A stretch of 55,580 nucleotides of DNA, the filler included, from Platydemus manokwari (Eukaryota): NCBI GenBank assembly GCA_037951405.1. It is 5 parts of 5 records of this genome, joined end to end, with 100 filler letters (N's around TTAATTAATTAA, not from the genome) between each part and the next. Parts side by side here need not be neighbours in the genome. Positions count along the whole stretch, not along the records: positions 19,725 to 33,758 come from JBBMOY011546967.1; positions 33,859 to 43,952 come from JBBMOY011170211.1; 3 more parts are not named here. One strand, 5' to 3'. This document shows, piece after piece, positions 27,464 to 38,568 of this stretch (its first letter is position 1; the number at the start of each line of letters is the position of its first letter). The position numbers and the translations under genes were made by a program. Below the pieces are notes generated by a model that had not been told where the DNA came from, did not search any database, and saw only the letters and a program-made list of their open reading frames with translations.

Positions 27464-28214
27464 TACAATATTCTCCATATTTAATCGTCGAATTATAATA
27501 ATGTTTCAACAATATAACGAAAACAATGTCCTATTAAGATATCAATCAATGGATATTATCAACGATTCACAATATAATACTTGTACAATCTGTGATGATA
27601 TTTTACAAAATCAAGCACATTTACAACTGATTTGTGGACACAGTTTTCACTTTGTGTGTGTATTGACCAAGAATAGATTGGAATTTACCATCAAGTGTCC
27701 TTGTTGTAAAAAGCGTACTGTACCGAAATTGAAATTAAATGTTGAAGGAATCTTTGAAATCAGTCTCAGCATTACACGATTCCATAACTGCTTCTATAGA
27801 ATTATTTTAAAATATTATCGCAACAATAAATTACAAGGTTATGCACTGATGATTTGTAAACTGGATAGTGTTGCTGATTTATTTATGTATGATTCTCCAC
27901 TATATAAATTTAAAATACTTTCAACATCTCATTCTGCTTACATCTCATATCAAGATTCAAACAATCCAACAGTCATTAATAAGAGTGAAGTCAAACAATT
28001 ACCATTAGCTGTCAGAACCTTTAAAAATCATTACCTGACTACTCTGAATATCAAATCGAAACAAATATTGAAATTAGAGGCCAAACCTTTCCCAGCAGTA
28101 TATAAGAAGGTTGTCATAGTGAAAGTTCTATTGGTTGATGGAATGAAATCTGAAGAGATGACAGGTATAAGGGAATTGGGAACAATTGCAAAAGATTTAG
28201 CTCAACGAATTTAA
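27438..28214 (+). CDS. Intronless RING-H2 finger protein (putative E3 ligase); start may be the ATG at 27501
   Basis: CTIC...LICGHSFHFVC...KCPCC is a C3H2C3 RING; a 258-codon ORF in very AT-rich DNA; AATAAA at ~28270; C-terminal part not recognised. Confidence 0.75.
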   Translation: MMVIFTFISTIFSIFNRRIIIMFQQYNENNVLLRYQSMDIINDSQYNTCTICDDILQNQAHLQLICGHSFHFVCVLTKNRLEFTIKCPCCKKRTVPKLKLNVEGIFEISLSITRFHNCFYRIILKYYRNNKLQGYALMICKLDSVADLFMYDSPLYKFKILSTSHSAYISYQDSNNPTVINKSEVKQLPLAVRTFKNHYLTTLNIKSKQILKLEAKPFPAVYKKVVIVKVLLVDGMKSEEMTGIRELGTIAKDLAQRI

Positions 28215-29199
28215 TCTTTGATTTTTCTTTCAACTTCATCTATTTTCCAAACCAGTTTTATTAGATTCCAATAAACCATTTTCAATTTCATATTTTTATT
28301 TATTATTGTCTTTATTATTTATTATTATCTTCTTATTTATATTTGTTTACAGCACTTCTTTAAAATCTCATTCAACAGATCATTTTAAAATACTGCCAAT
28401 CAAAACTGTTCCATCCAATCTATCAACATAATGATCTTGATGGTTATAAATATTGCTGGGTTTGAAACTACTCACTTACTGTTGACAATTAATCCACCTG
28501 GTGAGTTCGAATCAATGGTTTTTAAGATTATCCTTATAGCCCATACTTTAATTCAAAACAATGTTTCGACATTTGTAGTTTGTCAAGTTGATATTATTTT
28601 AAATTTAAGAATTATATCTATTAAAGCTTCCAATATGACAAATTTTGATTAGTTTATACTTTGTCGTTTTTTATAATGTTATATTTTTATTTAAGTCATT
28701 CAATTTTCACATTATGTTTTTGAACTTTAAAGAGTAAAATTTATTGTTAATTAGAAGAAAATTTGTTTAAGAATATTTGAGTAGTGATATTTTTATCATT
28801 TCTTGATTTATTTTTGCAAAATTATTAATAAAAGTACATTTTTATTTCATGGAAAATATATGGTTTAATTTATTTAAAGGTATTTTCTATTTTTATATTT
28901 AATGGAATTCAGTTTCAAAGATTTATTAACATTCACAATATCTCGGTTTTTGGTCAGGCCAAAATTCGAAAAAGTTTTTGTAGTAAAAATTTTGTAGTTT
29001 ATTTCATTCATTCAGAGAAGACTAAGCTCTTCTGATCAGTTTCATTATAAGCATTCTGTCCAATTCTAAAGACATCATCTTTTACAGTAGCAAATCTAAA
29101 TATAGGACAATATAATAAAAAATAATAAAATTCCCTGTGTCGGCAATTTTCCTGTGATATGAAAGAAAAAATTAAGCATATTTAACCTATTTCCTATAT

Positions 29200-30840
29200 A
29201 AGATTTTTTTACAGGTGGTTGACTCCACCACTAGATTGATCTTTGAAACAAATCAGACAACTTGCCAAGAAAAAACAAACATGCAACCAATAAAAAGGTG
29301 GAGAGGACTATACTGTCCCTCAAGTACATCCTATAATAACCAACAAGAGCAATAAAAAGGTGGAGAAGATCCTTCTCGATAATAACCTTAAATAAATAAA
29401 AAAACACTTTTGATCATAGTTATTAAGCCAGAAGCGAAGAGGGTTATGTCTCTCATATGCACCTTAAAAAAAGAAACGACAATAACACTTATAATAAAGA
29501 TACCTATATTGATATCCCTTTTACCTGTGTACAAGCCGTCATTTTGTCTGTTACTGTGTGTTAGACATATTGGGGGAGCTGTTTATCGGAGGTCTAGCCT
29601 CCTTCACTATGTGAGATCTATACAATCTATATGATTCTATAATAGAAGTAGAAATAAGAAGTGAATCAAACTCATTTGAACTCTTATTATCTAACCCTAT
29701 CCGTCTCAAGACTCCATCATTCTGTGGATCTCATGATCCTAAACAACCTGCGTTTAACACATGTACACTCACTGAAGTTCTGGATTACCTAGCTACTTGA
29801 ACGGTCAGGTCTTCATACTTTCGGTAGTTTCTCTCTAAGTTATTTTTAAAGTTTTCTTCCTTATCAAGTGAAACCTTAAAATCTACGAGGAATTAATGTT
29901 TTTTCATGTTTTTACTACCCAAAATTCGGACTATTAAGTCAGGACGTAAAGAAGCCTTCACCTCAGTTGGCGATCAATAAGCCTTTTAGCCAAAATAGCA
30001 AATACTGCACTATGCTTAGAGATCGCCCCATAAGGGTTACCAATGCAAGGGTTGAGTACGTGAGCCATCGATTCCACTGCAGTACCGCAGCAATGGCAAT
30101 TTAAATCTTTACCCTGCATTACACGGAAAGGCTGGATATTTAGTGGTAAAAGGTTATTTCTACCCGAGATCAGGAATTTCCAAACCTGGGATGTCAAATA
30201 AATTGAGTCCAAAACTCCCATTGGAACCTTAGATAGTGCAATAGTCTTCACTAACATATCCTGGCACTTTTTCTCAGTCCAGGAGATAAAACTCGAAAAC
30301 CAAACCAATTATGAAGAATAGAATATAATTTATCTTTCTCTTTGTTGTTTATCATTTACTGTGAATACCTACAGATAACCTTAACAAATATAAGACGAAC
30401 TTACAATCTATTCCTCTCTTCCGCAGAGCCCGAACTCCTACCGAACCTTCGACCACCAAGAGCCCGGTCCAGCATGTTCATCATCAATTGTGTTATTTAG
30501 CCAGTCAAGAGCCCAATGGAATTTGTCAACGTCAGAACGATTGAAGAGCTTGTTCACTACTGCAATCAATCGCTTTTTTATAAAAGAAGCAAAGACAGAG
30601 TCATAGCTATTCAACAATCGAAAACCGCCTACTATACTCTGAATATAATAGTCAATCTCTGCTGGCATAAGGCCAAGACCACCCAATTTTCTACAGATAT
30701 ATAAAAAGTCATTATTGATTGACGGAAAAAAGCTAACTCCTATCACTTTTTTAACTAACTGTCTGATCTTTTCATCGAACCCGAGTTCACTAGACTTTCC
30801 TATACTGTTTGGAGGGCATGGATTTAAATTATATTTCATG
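29200..30840 (-). mobile_element. Second 5'-truncated RLE-type non-LTR retrotransposon with 3' UTR
   Basis: FLYICRKLGGLGL, WALDWLN, GSWWSKVR, CHCCGTAVESMAHVLNPC, KHSAV, LRPDLIV, DFKVS, RKYEDL and GCLGS*DPQNDGVL, collinear with the element at 10371-12250 but divergent; the 3' boundary is approximate. Confidence 0.85.
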
Positions 30841-31328
30841 TTTTGGGTTATTATTATTAATTCTCCTTGTATTTAGTGACCTTCATTCAGTCATTTCTAT
30901 AATTAATTATAAATGATTTTTTAGCATTTTCAGTGAAAAGATTTAATTCTCAAGGAAACCAAACGGTATTTTCTAAACCATGGCTTTATTTATTGCGAAT
31001 ATTAATTTATTAGATTGTCAATTTCGTCATACACAATTAATCATTCTCTGTTTTCTCAAATCTTGTCATATAATATAATTGAAATTAAAATAAAATTTAA
31101 ATTTGGTCAAAAAATTATATTTTTAGAAAAAGATTTAATTAAAAACTTTTAATACATTTGTACATCAAGAAATGCAGATCCTTATACAAAAATGTTTTTG
31201 GTTTTGGAGATTGGCTCAGATCAGCAACATCGATGTAAACCTCAATATTAACAACTATGTCTTTCTACGTCATTCTTTTATTATTTTTTATTTAAATTTC
31301 TATATAAATGTTTCCTTATTTCTATATG

Positions 31329-31365
31329 TTGCGCAATGATTACGTCACATTCATTGTTATATAAA
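31329..31365 (+). promoter_or_regulatory. Putative endophilin promoter: C/EBP palindrome, CRE-like site, TATA box
   Basis: TTGCGCAA 31329-31336, TTACGTCA 31340-31347, TATATAAA 31358-31365, ATG 31408. Confidence 0.4.
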
Positions 31366-31407
31366 TTCAAGGATTTCAATAATTAACTACATATATTATA
31401 TTTTCAA

Positions 31408-32484
31408 ATGACTTTCAATTTCATTAAAAAAGAATTTACTAAAGCTAATCAATATTTATCAGAAAAATTTGGTTCGGCTAAACCAACACTGCTCGATGAG
31501 GATTTTCTGCAAATTGAATCCATTTTTCATACTTATCACGATCTATTTGTCAGTTTATCAAAGAATTGTAAATACATGTTATATCCCAATCCCACTGATA
31601 AAATATTTACCAAAACTTCAAATAAATTCAAGAATGCAAGAGATCAAGTTAATTATCCTCAACCGGAAACCGTTCTTTCCGATAATTGTCTCAAATATGG
31701 TAAATCTTTGATCGATCTCCCAATTGGTCATGTTTTATTGGAATTCTCTGACACTTATAAATTAATTGCAGAAAATAAAAATCTTAAAGAACATACACTG
31801 AAACAAGATTTTCTTCAACCTTTGAAAAATGTTCGTCATAATGAAATGCAATCAATTATTAAATCGAGAAAAAAATTAGAAAGTTATCGATTAGAATATG
31901 ATGCTTTGAAACGAAAATATTTATCCAATCCAGACATGTCAGATAAAGATATGAAAATAGCTAAATCAAAATTTAAAAACAAAAGAGATCAGTTATTTAA
32001 ACAAATGTCTGATTTTTTGTTTGCTGAAGACACAGCGTTACCTGCTCTTTTGAAATTTGTACAAACATTAATAGAATATCATCAACGTTGTTATGATGCA
32101 TTTTCAGATCTGTCTTCACAAATTGAATCACAAGGTCATGCAGTACCCAGCACATCAAAGGGAAAACTATTGAACAGTAGAGAAACAGTCAACTCACTTC
32201 ATTCTTCTCGTGATACTGACGATAAAAGTTTATCCAATTTAACTGATGATGACAATATTAGTGTGTTTAATGATTCTAAAATGGAAAATGATTCAGAAAA
32301 TACTCCATGCTGTGAAGTGTTGTTTAGTTATCATGGAAGTGATGAAACTGACTTGCAGGTATCAGTTGGTGATATTGTTTATATTTTAGAAGAAACTAAT
32401 GATGAATGGTTTCTTGGGGAATTCGATGGAAAACGTGGTTATTTACCAAGAAATCACGTCAAAGTAATTGTTCCATTACAATAA
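31408..32484 (+). CDS. EndoA: Endophilin-A-like protein (N-BAR + SH3), intronless
   Basis: Helix-0 KKEFTKANQYLSEKFG.A..T.LDEDF, YPNP, YPQPE..L, RKKLE..RL.YD, and a C-terminal SH3 ending EWFLGE..GKRGYLPRNHVKVIVPL. Confidence 0.92.
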   Translation: MTFNFIKKEFTKANQYLSEKFGSAKPTLLDEDFLQIESIFHTYHDLFVSLSKNCKYMLYPNPTDKIFTKTSNKFKNARDQVNYPQPETVLSDNCLKYGKSLIDLPIGHVLLEFSDTYKLIAENKNLKEHTLKQDFLQPLKNVRHNEMQSIIKSRKKLESYRLEYDALKRKYLSNPDMSDKDMKIAKSKFKNKRDQLFKQMSDFLFAEDTALPALLKFVQTLIEYHQRCYDAFSDLSSQIESQGHAVPSTSKGKLLNSRETVNSLHSSRDTDDKSLSNLTDDDNISVFNDSKMENDSENTPCCEVLFSYHGSDETDLQVSVGDIVYILEETNDEWFLGEFDGKRGYLPRNHVKVIVPLQ

Positions 32485-33758
32485 AAAATCCCTTTTTTCT
32501 ACTGATTTATCCAATGATTGTGTGATACAATATATGTTTTACATTTTTATGATATTCTTATAAAATATTCATCTGGGTCACTTATTAGAATATGTCGTGT
32601 ATTAAACATATCAATGCATTGTTTAACTATTTAGAAATCAAAAGAAATTTCAGAAAACGGTGGAATATATTTATAATTAATATATAAAATAAATTGTTTT
32701 TCAAAACTGTCTGTAAATGAAAAGCAAAAGTTAAATTGACACCCAAAATAAGACCGGCGCGAATAGTTTAATTATCACCAGTCAATCAAGAAATTAAATA
32801 TAAATTAAAAATAGAAATTAAATTATAAATAATAAAAAGTGTTTATCGATACAGAGGCCTCTATAAAATTAAGGGTTTCAAGTCGAACATCAAGTTGAGA
32901 TTCAATATACATATGCGATCAAGCTGAGACAGATCGAATAGCTGAAGATATGGAATTAACTTGTTGTTTCAATTCCGTTGTTTCAATATTCTTTATTGTG
33001 ACCTTTACTGAAAATGTTATGAAACTTATATTTTCAAAACAAATAATTTATGTACTAAATGTATTCAAATAAGATTTCCCAAATAAAACACAAAATTATC
33101 ATGTGATTTGATGATTTTTAACAGAACAAGGTAAATAATATCGATGTTAAAACAATGTTTATCATTGGATTAAAAGTAAATATTATAAAATTATCACCAA
33201 ATTGATAAAGATATTGTAAACAATCACTGAAATTGTTGCTCATACAAATTGCGGTATAAAATCGTCAAGTAAATCAAAGTTAATTTATAATTATCTTCAC
33301 GATTTTAATGATTTTTGAAGTAGAATGAATTGGAGGCTTTTGAAGTGGATTACATTCATAATTCTGATAAAATAGATGGAAAGTTTGGATTGATCGAGAA
33401 TAGTTTTACTGGATTGGTTTAGTAATGATATCATTAATCTATCAATCGATTTCCCAGATTTTTTGTACGATTTCAGTTCGATATCGATCTTCAGTGTTGA
33501 TAATAGAATCGAAGCTGCAACAATTAAATGATATGATGAATGATTAATGTAGAATTTATTCGATAGGTTTGGGGAGTTATTAGATAAATAATTTGAATGA
33601 TTTTTCTTCTCTGTCATGAATTTTGAAAGAATGATAAAAATAATAGTTAGATAAAAAAAATGAGATTTGTTTAAATATTAGAAAAAACAAACGGTGTAAT
33701 TTTGAAAGATAATAAAATATTTATGGAAACGAGTTGTCTTTTTACTGGCGACCACGCC

Positions 33759-33858
33759 NNNNNNNNNNNNNNNNNNNNNNNNNNNNNNNNNNNNNNNNNN
33801 NNTTAATTAATTAANNNNNNNNNNNNNNNNNNNNNNNNNNNNNNNNNNNNNNNNNNNN
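33759..33858. other. Artificial contig spacer
   Basis: N44-TTAATTAATTAA-N44. Confidence 0.98.
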
Positions 33859-34366
33859 GTGATGACATTCCTGAAGCAGCGGAAAGAATGATGACAGATA
33901 TTATCAAGCAACCAATCATGTTAATCAAGTTCCCAGCGGAAATCAAGTCGTTTTATATGTCACGTTGTGCTGATGATTTACGAGTTACTGAATCGGTGAG
34001 TGGATATAACAAATGCTAATAGATAATTCCTATTTTAATCAATTTTAGGTCGATGTTCTAATTCCAGGTGTTGGCGAAATTCTTGGTGGATCAATGAGAA
34101 TCTGGGATTCAAAAGAATTACTTACAGCTTATGAAAGAGAAAAATTGGATCCCAAACCTTACTTTTGGTACACCGATTTGGTAATCTTGATTAATCAATA
34201 ATTATATTGATTTCAACTTATTATTATTATTCAGCGTGAAGTTGGATCTTGCCCCCACGGTGGTTATGGATTAGGGTTTGAAAGATTTCTTACTTGGATG
34301 TTAGGAAAAGGACATATTCGTGATGTCTGTGTTTATCCTCGATATACCGGAAGATGCAAGCCATAG
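33859..34366 (+). CDS. NARS1: Cytosolic asparaginyl-tRNA synthetase, last three exons (33859-33995, 34049-34180, 34235-34366); 5' part lost at gap 3
   Basis: [13 protein letters not shown]...[10 protein letters not shown]...TES|[20 protein letters not shown]...YFWYTDL|[21 protein letters not shown]...[17 protein letters not shown]; class II motif 3; GT-AG introns of 53 and 54 nt. Confidence 0.96.
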
Positions 34367-34878
34367 ATTTGTCTTGGAACATAATAGAAATAGATTTATA
34401 AATAATAAATTTGAATGAAAATCGATGATGTTTTTACTTTTTATCACACGATGGAACTAAACAACAGAAACTGAGTAAGTATTGTTCTAGGTTGTAGAGG
34501 TGTGCATGTTTTTACAATTTTGTAAATTCATGTCTTAAATATTTACTTGATCCTTCCTAGTTATTCGATGTGATTATTCATATTAATTTTCCGTGTTAAA
34601 TTCGACAAAATTGTGAAGCCTACTTCTCATTCTTTGTTTTGGTTACACAACGCAATCGTGCATTGGATGGACATGAATAGTTCATCATTAGTATTATCTA
34701 GTCAAGTATTATTGGTCCTTTATTCAGCATGAATTAATATTATTATTAATTATTTTTTTGTTTAAATTACCGAGTTTGTTTGAAATTTTCTTCGATTGGA
34801 GGATACCTTTTCGTTGTCTAATATCTTAATTCTTGAGTCCGAAATTTTGATAATGTACATATACAAATATTTATTCAT

Positions 34879-35183
34879 AAACCTTACTATTGTTTCACCG
34901 ATTTGGTAGTTTTGATTAATCAATAATTATATTGATTTCACTTATTATTATTATTCAGTACGATTTTGGATCTTGTCCCCACGGTAGTCATGGATTAGTT
35001 TTTGAAAGATTTTTTACTTGGATGTTAGGAAAGATATTCGTGAAGGCTGTATCCTCGATATATAGGCAGATGCAACCCATAAGTTTGTCTTGGAATAAAA
35101 TTTGCTGTATTTTCCTATTTTTTGGTTTGTATTTATTTGATAGTATATATTTGGACTTTTATCTTCACCAGATGGATGGTTAA
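34879..35183 (+). pseudogene. Degenerate tandem duplicate of the NARS penultimate-exon end, last intron and last exon
   Basis: 34879-35100 aligns with 34155-34385 including the intron; reads GSCPHGSHGLVFERFFTWMLGK, then small deletions change the frame; that frame stops at 35183. Confidence 0.88.
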
Positions 35184-36766
35184 TATATTTGTGTTTTAAT
35201 AAAAACATATTATGTCAATATGCCAGTTTGTTGTGTTCTAAAGTTATCTATTTTGTTAAATCAATAATATTTCTACCTATGATCAGTAAATAGATTGTAC
35301 AGTAAGTACAATTGATTTGATAAAATTTATGGCATCCAATTTATATTAATTGTTAAAATTAATTAATAATTATATTATAATAATAGTTTATGAAAATAGC
35401 ACTAAATAATAATAGCACTGAAAATGTAGTATTTAAAGAGCATTTGAAGATTATTTTTTCATATACAATAATAAAGCAAATATTCGCAATTATTGTGTGG
35501 TATCGTCAATGGATATTCAAGGTTTTTTACCTATTCCCATATTAAATCATTGTTTAAAGCTTGAACTATCGCAGTGGCGATTTCTAATGAATTAGTTTCA
35601 AAAATGGCTGCATTATTTGCATTAATGTTTCTCAATGAATATATGACAATAGCCGACTCCAAATATGTTAAATAACTGTTAATTGACTCTACACAATACG
35701 CACTAACTATCTTCTATTTAGATTTTAGATGTCATAGTTTTCATGCTTATACAAATATTATTTGTATCTGCTATGCTAGAAATTGAATATTATGCTTTCC
35801 ATTTTTCTATATTATTAGTCAAATATATTTCAAAGAATATGTTTCTAGTTTTGAAAATATACAGTGTTGATGGTTTATAAATTATATCCTTACCATGTTT
35901 TTTTCAGTTCGTTATATGTTTTCTTTCCCTTAAACGATATTTGGAATTTGTCTTAAATACCTAAAGCGGTGTTATAAATATCATTTGAATTGAGAATGTC
36001 AACGAATCAACCATTTTATTTTAAGTTAGATAAAAATTAGATTTGTTTAAATATTCGAAGAAGCACGTGTGGATTTTAAAATCTTAAATTTTGATGGAAA
36101 CCAATGATAATTTTACTTATTATCACATATTTTTTCTTTTTAATTAATTTTTAATTCAGAAATTGATTAGGTTTTGTTCTAGATTGTAGAGGTGTCCATT
36201 TTTTTTTACAATTTCTCACAATTAATTAAATGTTAACTTAGTTTAAGTTTCAGAAGAGTGTTGCGTTTGTGAATTGGGAATCGAGAGCTAAATCGTGAGA
36301 TAAATTTAGATTTATCTTACTAGGCTTATTTTCATACTACAGTTAGTTATCGATTTTATTGTCTGTAATTTGCTCTTTTTGATTTCTTTCCTAGTATTAG
36401 AGTAACGGCTTTGCTTATCGACTTATCGTTAAGTTTGTTAAGTTTGCTGGTTTTGTTACATCGTCTATAATTTCAACTAAAGCAAAACTTGGAGGTGTGG
36501 AATCCGACCGTACCCGAAACACTAATGTATAAATTACACACAAATATGTATACGAAGAATTTTAAAAATATAAAAGAATTTTTAAAAATATGAAAAAATT
36601 TAAATTAAAAAAATTTTTAATTTAACAGAAAAAATAAAAACAAATGAAATTAAAATTTTTACAAAAAATTATTTTAAAAATAAATAAAACAAAGATTTTG
36701 TTTATTCGCAACAAATTCTTTTGTTTAACACGAACCAAGGTCAAAGAAGAAAATAATTGCAAAAAT

Positions 36767-37060
36767 CTATTTTTAGCAACCACGTCATTGCTAAAAATAG
36801 TGTAGGTTAATTTAGCAACTCAAGTAGCTAAAAACAGTAGGCTGTTGCTAAATTTAAGCATGGCGTCTAATTCTAAATTTAGAAACAAATGAGAAAAAAA
36901 ATTAAACACACTAGAATGACGCATGCGACCTACAAAATCAGTATATAATAGCAAGCAAATTCATTTTGATTGCACTTTTTCATACTCGCAGTTTAAGCAA
37001 TTTCGTTTACGAAGCAATTTTATTCACGAAGAAATTTTATTTACGAAACAATTTTGTTAA
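36767..37060. repeat. Cluster of TTAGCAAC inverted repeats followed by a 17-bp tandem repeat
   Basis: Stems 36767-36800 (13 bp) and 36809-36854 (11 bp), palindrome 36871-36884, and ~3.5 copies of CAATTTYRTTYACGAAR at ~36998-37058. Confidence 0.7.
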
Positions 37061-38568
37061 CTATTGGAGAAACTATTCAGTATCAACGAATCTATTATAT
37101 TACAAAGATATATTCCAAACAGTTGCCAATTTTGCAGCGAGGATTCCCGACTATTTTTAAGAAACCATTTTACCTTATTTCAATCCGGCAATTTGAATTT
37201 ATATGACAATGATGAGTAAATTTGTTTATTTTTATTACACGCCCACAGCTATTTCGATAGCTGTGTGGTTGTTTTAAACTTATTAAGTTCAAGCTTTATC
37301 TCCCACCTTTTTTATCCACAGGGGTGTCTTGCCCATTAGTTAGGCACACCTAATTGTTCTACTGAAGGGATCTGATCGTCCGCAATAGTATCTTATAGTA
37401 TACATTTAAATTTTTATTTGTTAATAAACGTATTTTATCGAAATTGTTTCTTTAATAAATTGATTTTAACATTTTCAGGAAGACTCATATTTGACCAATA
37501 TCTATATTTTAAATATTATTATTATAGCTTTAGAGTGATTTGAACACTTCCTACGTATCTGATTGTAACAGATTCTGTTTGGAACCAAATCGCAACCCAC
37601 CTTTATATTATATTAAATCCGTTCGTTATATTTTGTCGTACGTTTATAACACCAAAATTTCGTTTTAATTTCATTTAGTCTTATCGTATTTTATAAAACC
37701 CCAACACATACTTTAAATTTTTGCAATTATTTGATAAAGTAATACTAAATTATTAAACATGTCTTAAGTTTCCTAAGTTCATTTACGATTAAATAAATAT
37801 AAATTAATAAATCAAAAAATCATGTAGAAATGTTGTGAATAGAATAAGAATTTGGTTTTAAAACTATGTCTTGTCCCTAAAAAGTGAGGTATTAACTAAA
37901 TTATACGAACAAAAGTAACATCGCAATTATATATATAATTAAGTTGTAAAACTGCTTTGTGCGCGAAAATTAATCATTATGAAAGTAGGTCAAAGTTTCC
38001 TTTCTTAAAGTTCCTTTTCTTAAATTAAGTCCAAAATTTACTAATCAATATAAGCAAATTAAATATGATAAAAACATATAACGATTAACATAATTCAAAT
38101 AAACAAATACAGAGCAGTCTGACTTAAAATTATACTTATTGATAATATACAAAGTAAAACATCTACATAAAAAACTAGCTATCAAGCCTCAGTATAAAAA
38201 GCTTTCCATCCAGATTGACTTTTTAACTTTGTGAATATCAAATAAATGAAAAAGGCATTTTTCCGAAATATGGGTAATTTCAAATAAATATTTTAAATTT
38301 ATTCTCTAGCCTTTCAAATTTGCTTTTTAATCTAACCAAACTAGTTTCTAAATGAAATAATTTAAATTACAAACAATTTTAAGCTCAAAACTTCTATTTA
38401 ACATCTACAAAATATAGTTATATAATTTTTTGTTATAATAAACTAACATTATAAAAGTTATAAATCTGTTAATATTCTACATTCAAATGCTGTAAAATTA
38501 TGTAATTTTTCAGAAAATATTTTTCTTTGAATATATCAAAGTTATTTAAATAACGGTCTAATTTTGAA

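Noticed and set aside
12239-28284. Shared 15-mer AATAAACCATTTTCA after the RLE element and after the RING ORF
   Set aside because: AT-rich 15-mer matches are expected by chance in a window of this size and composition.
33297-33758. 106-aa minus-strand ORF and a WD40-like AWSPVKRQLVS at the contig edge
   Set aside because: No consistent exon chain or domain; it overlaps duplicated non-coding sequence.
36231-36460. TGT...ACA-bounded segment as a solo LTR
   Set aside because: No target-site duplication and no second copy.
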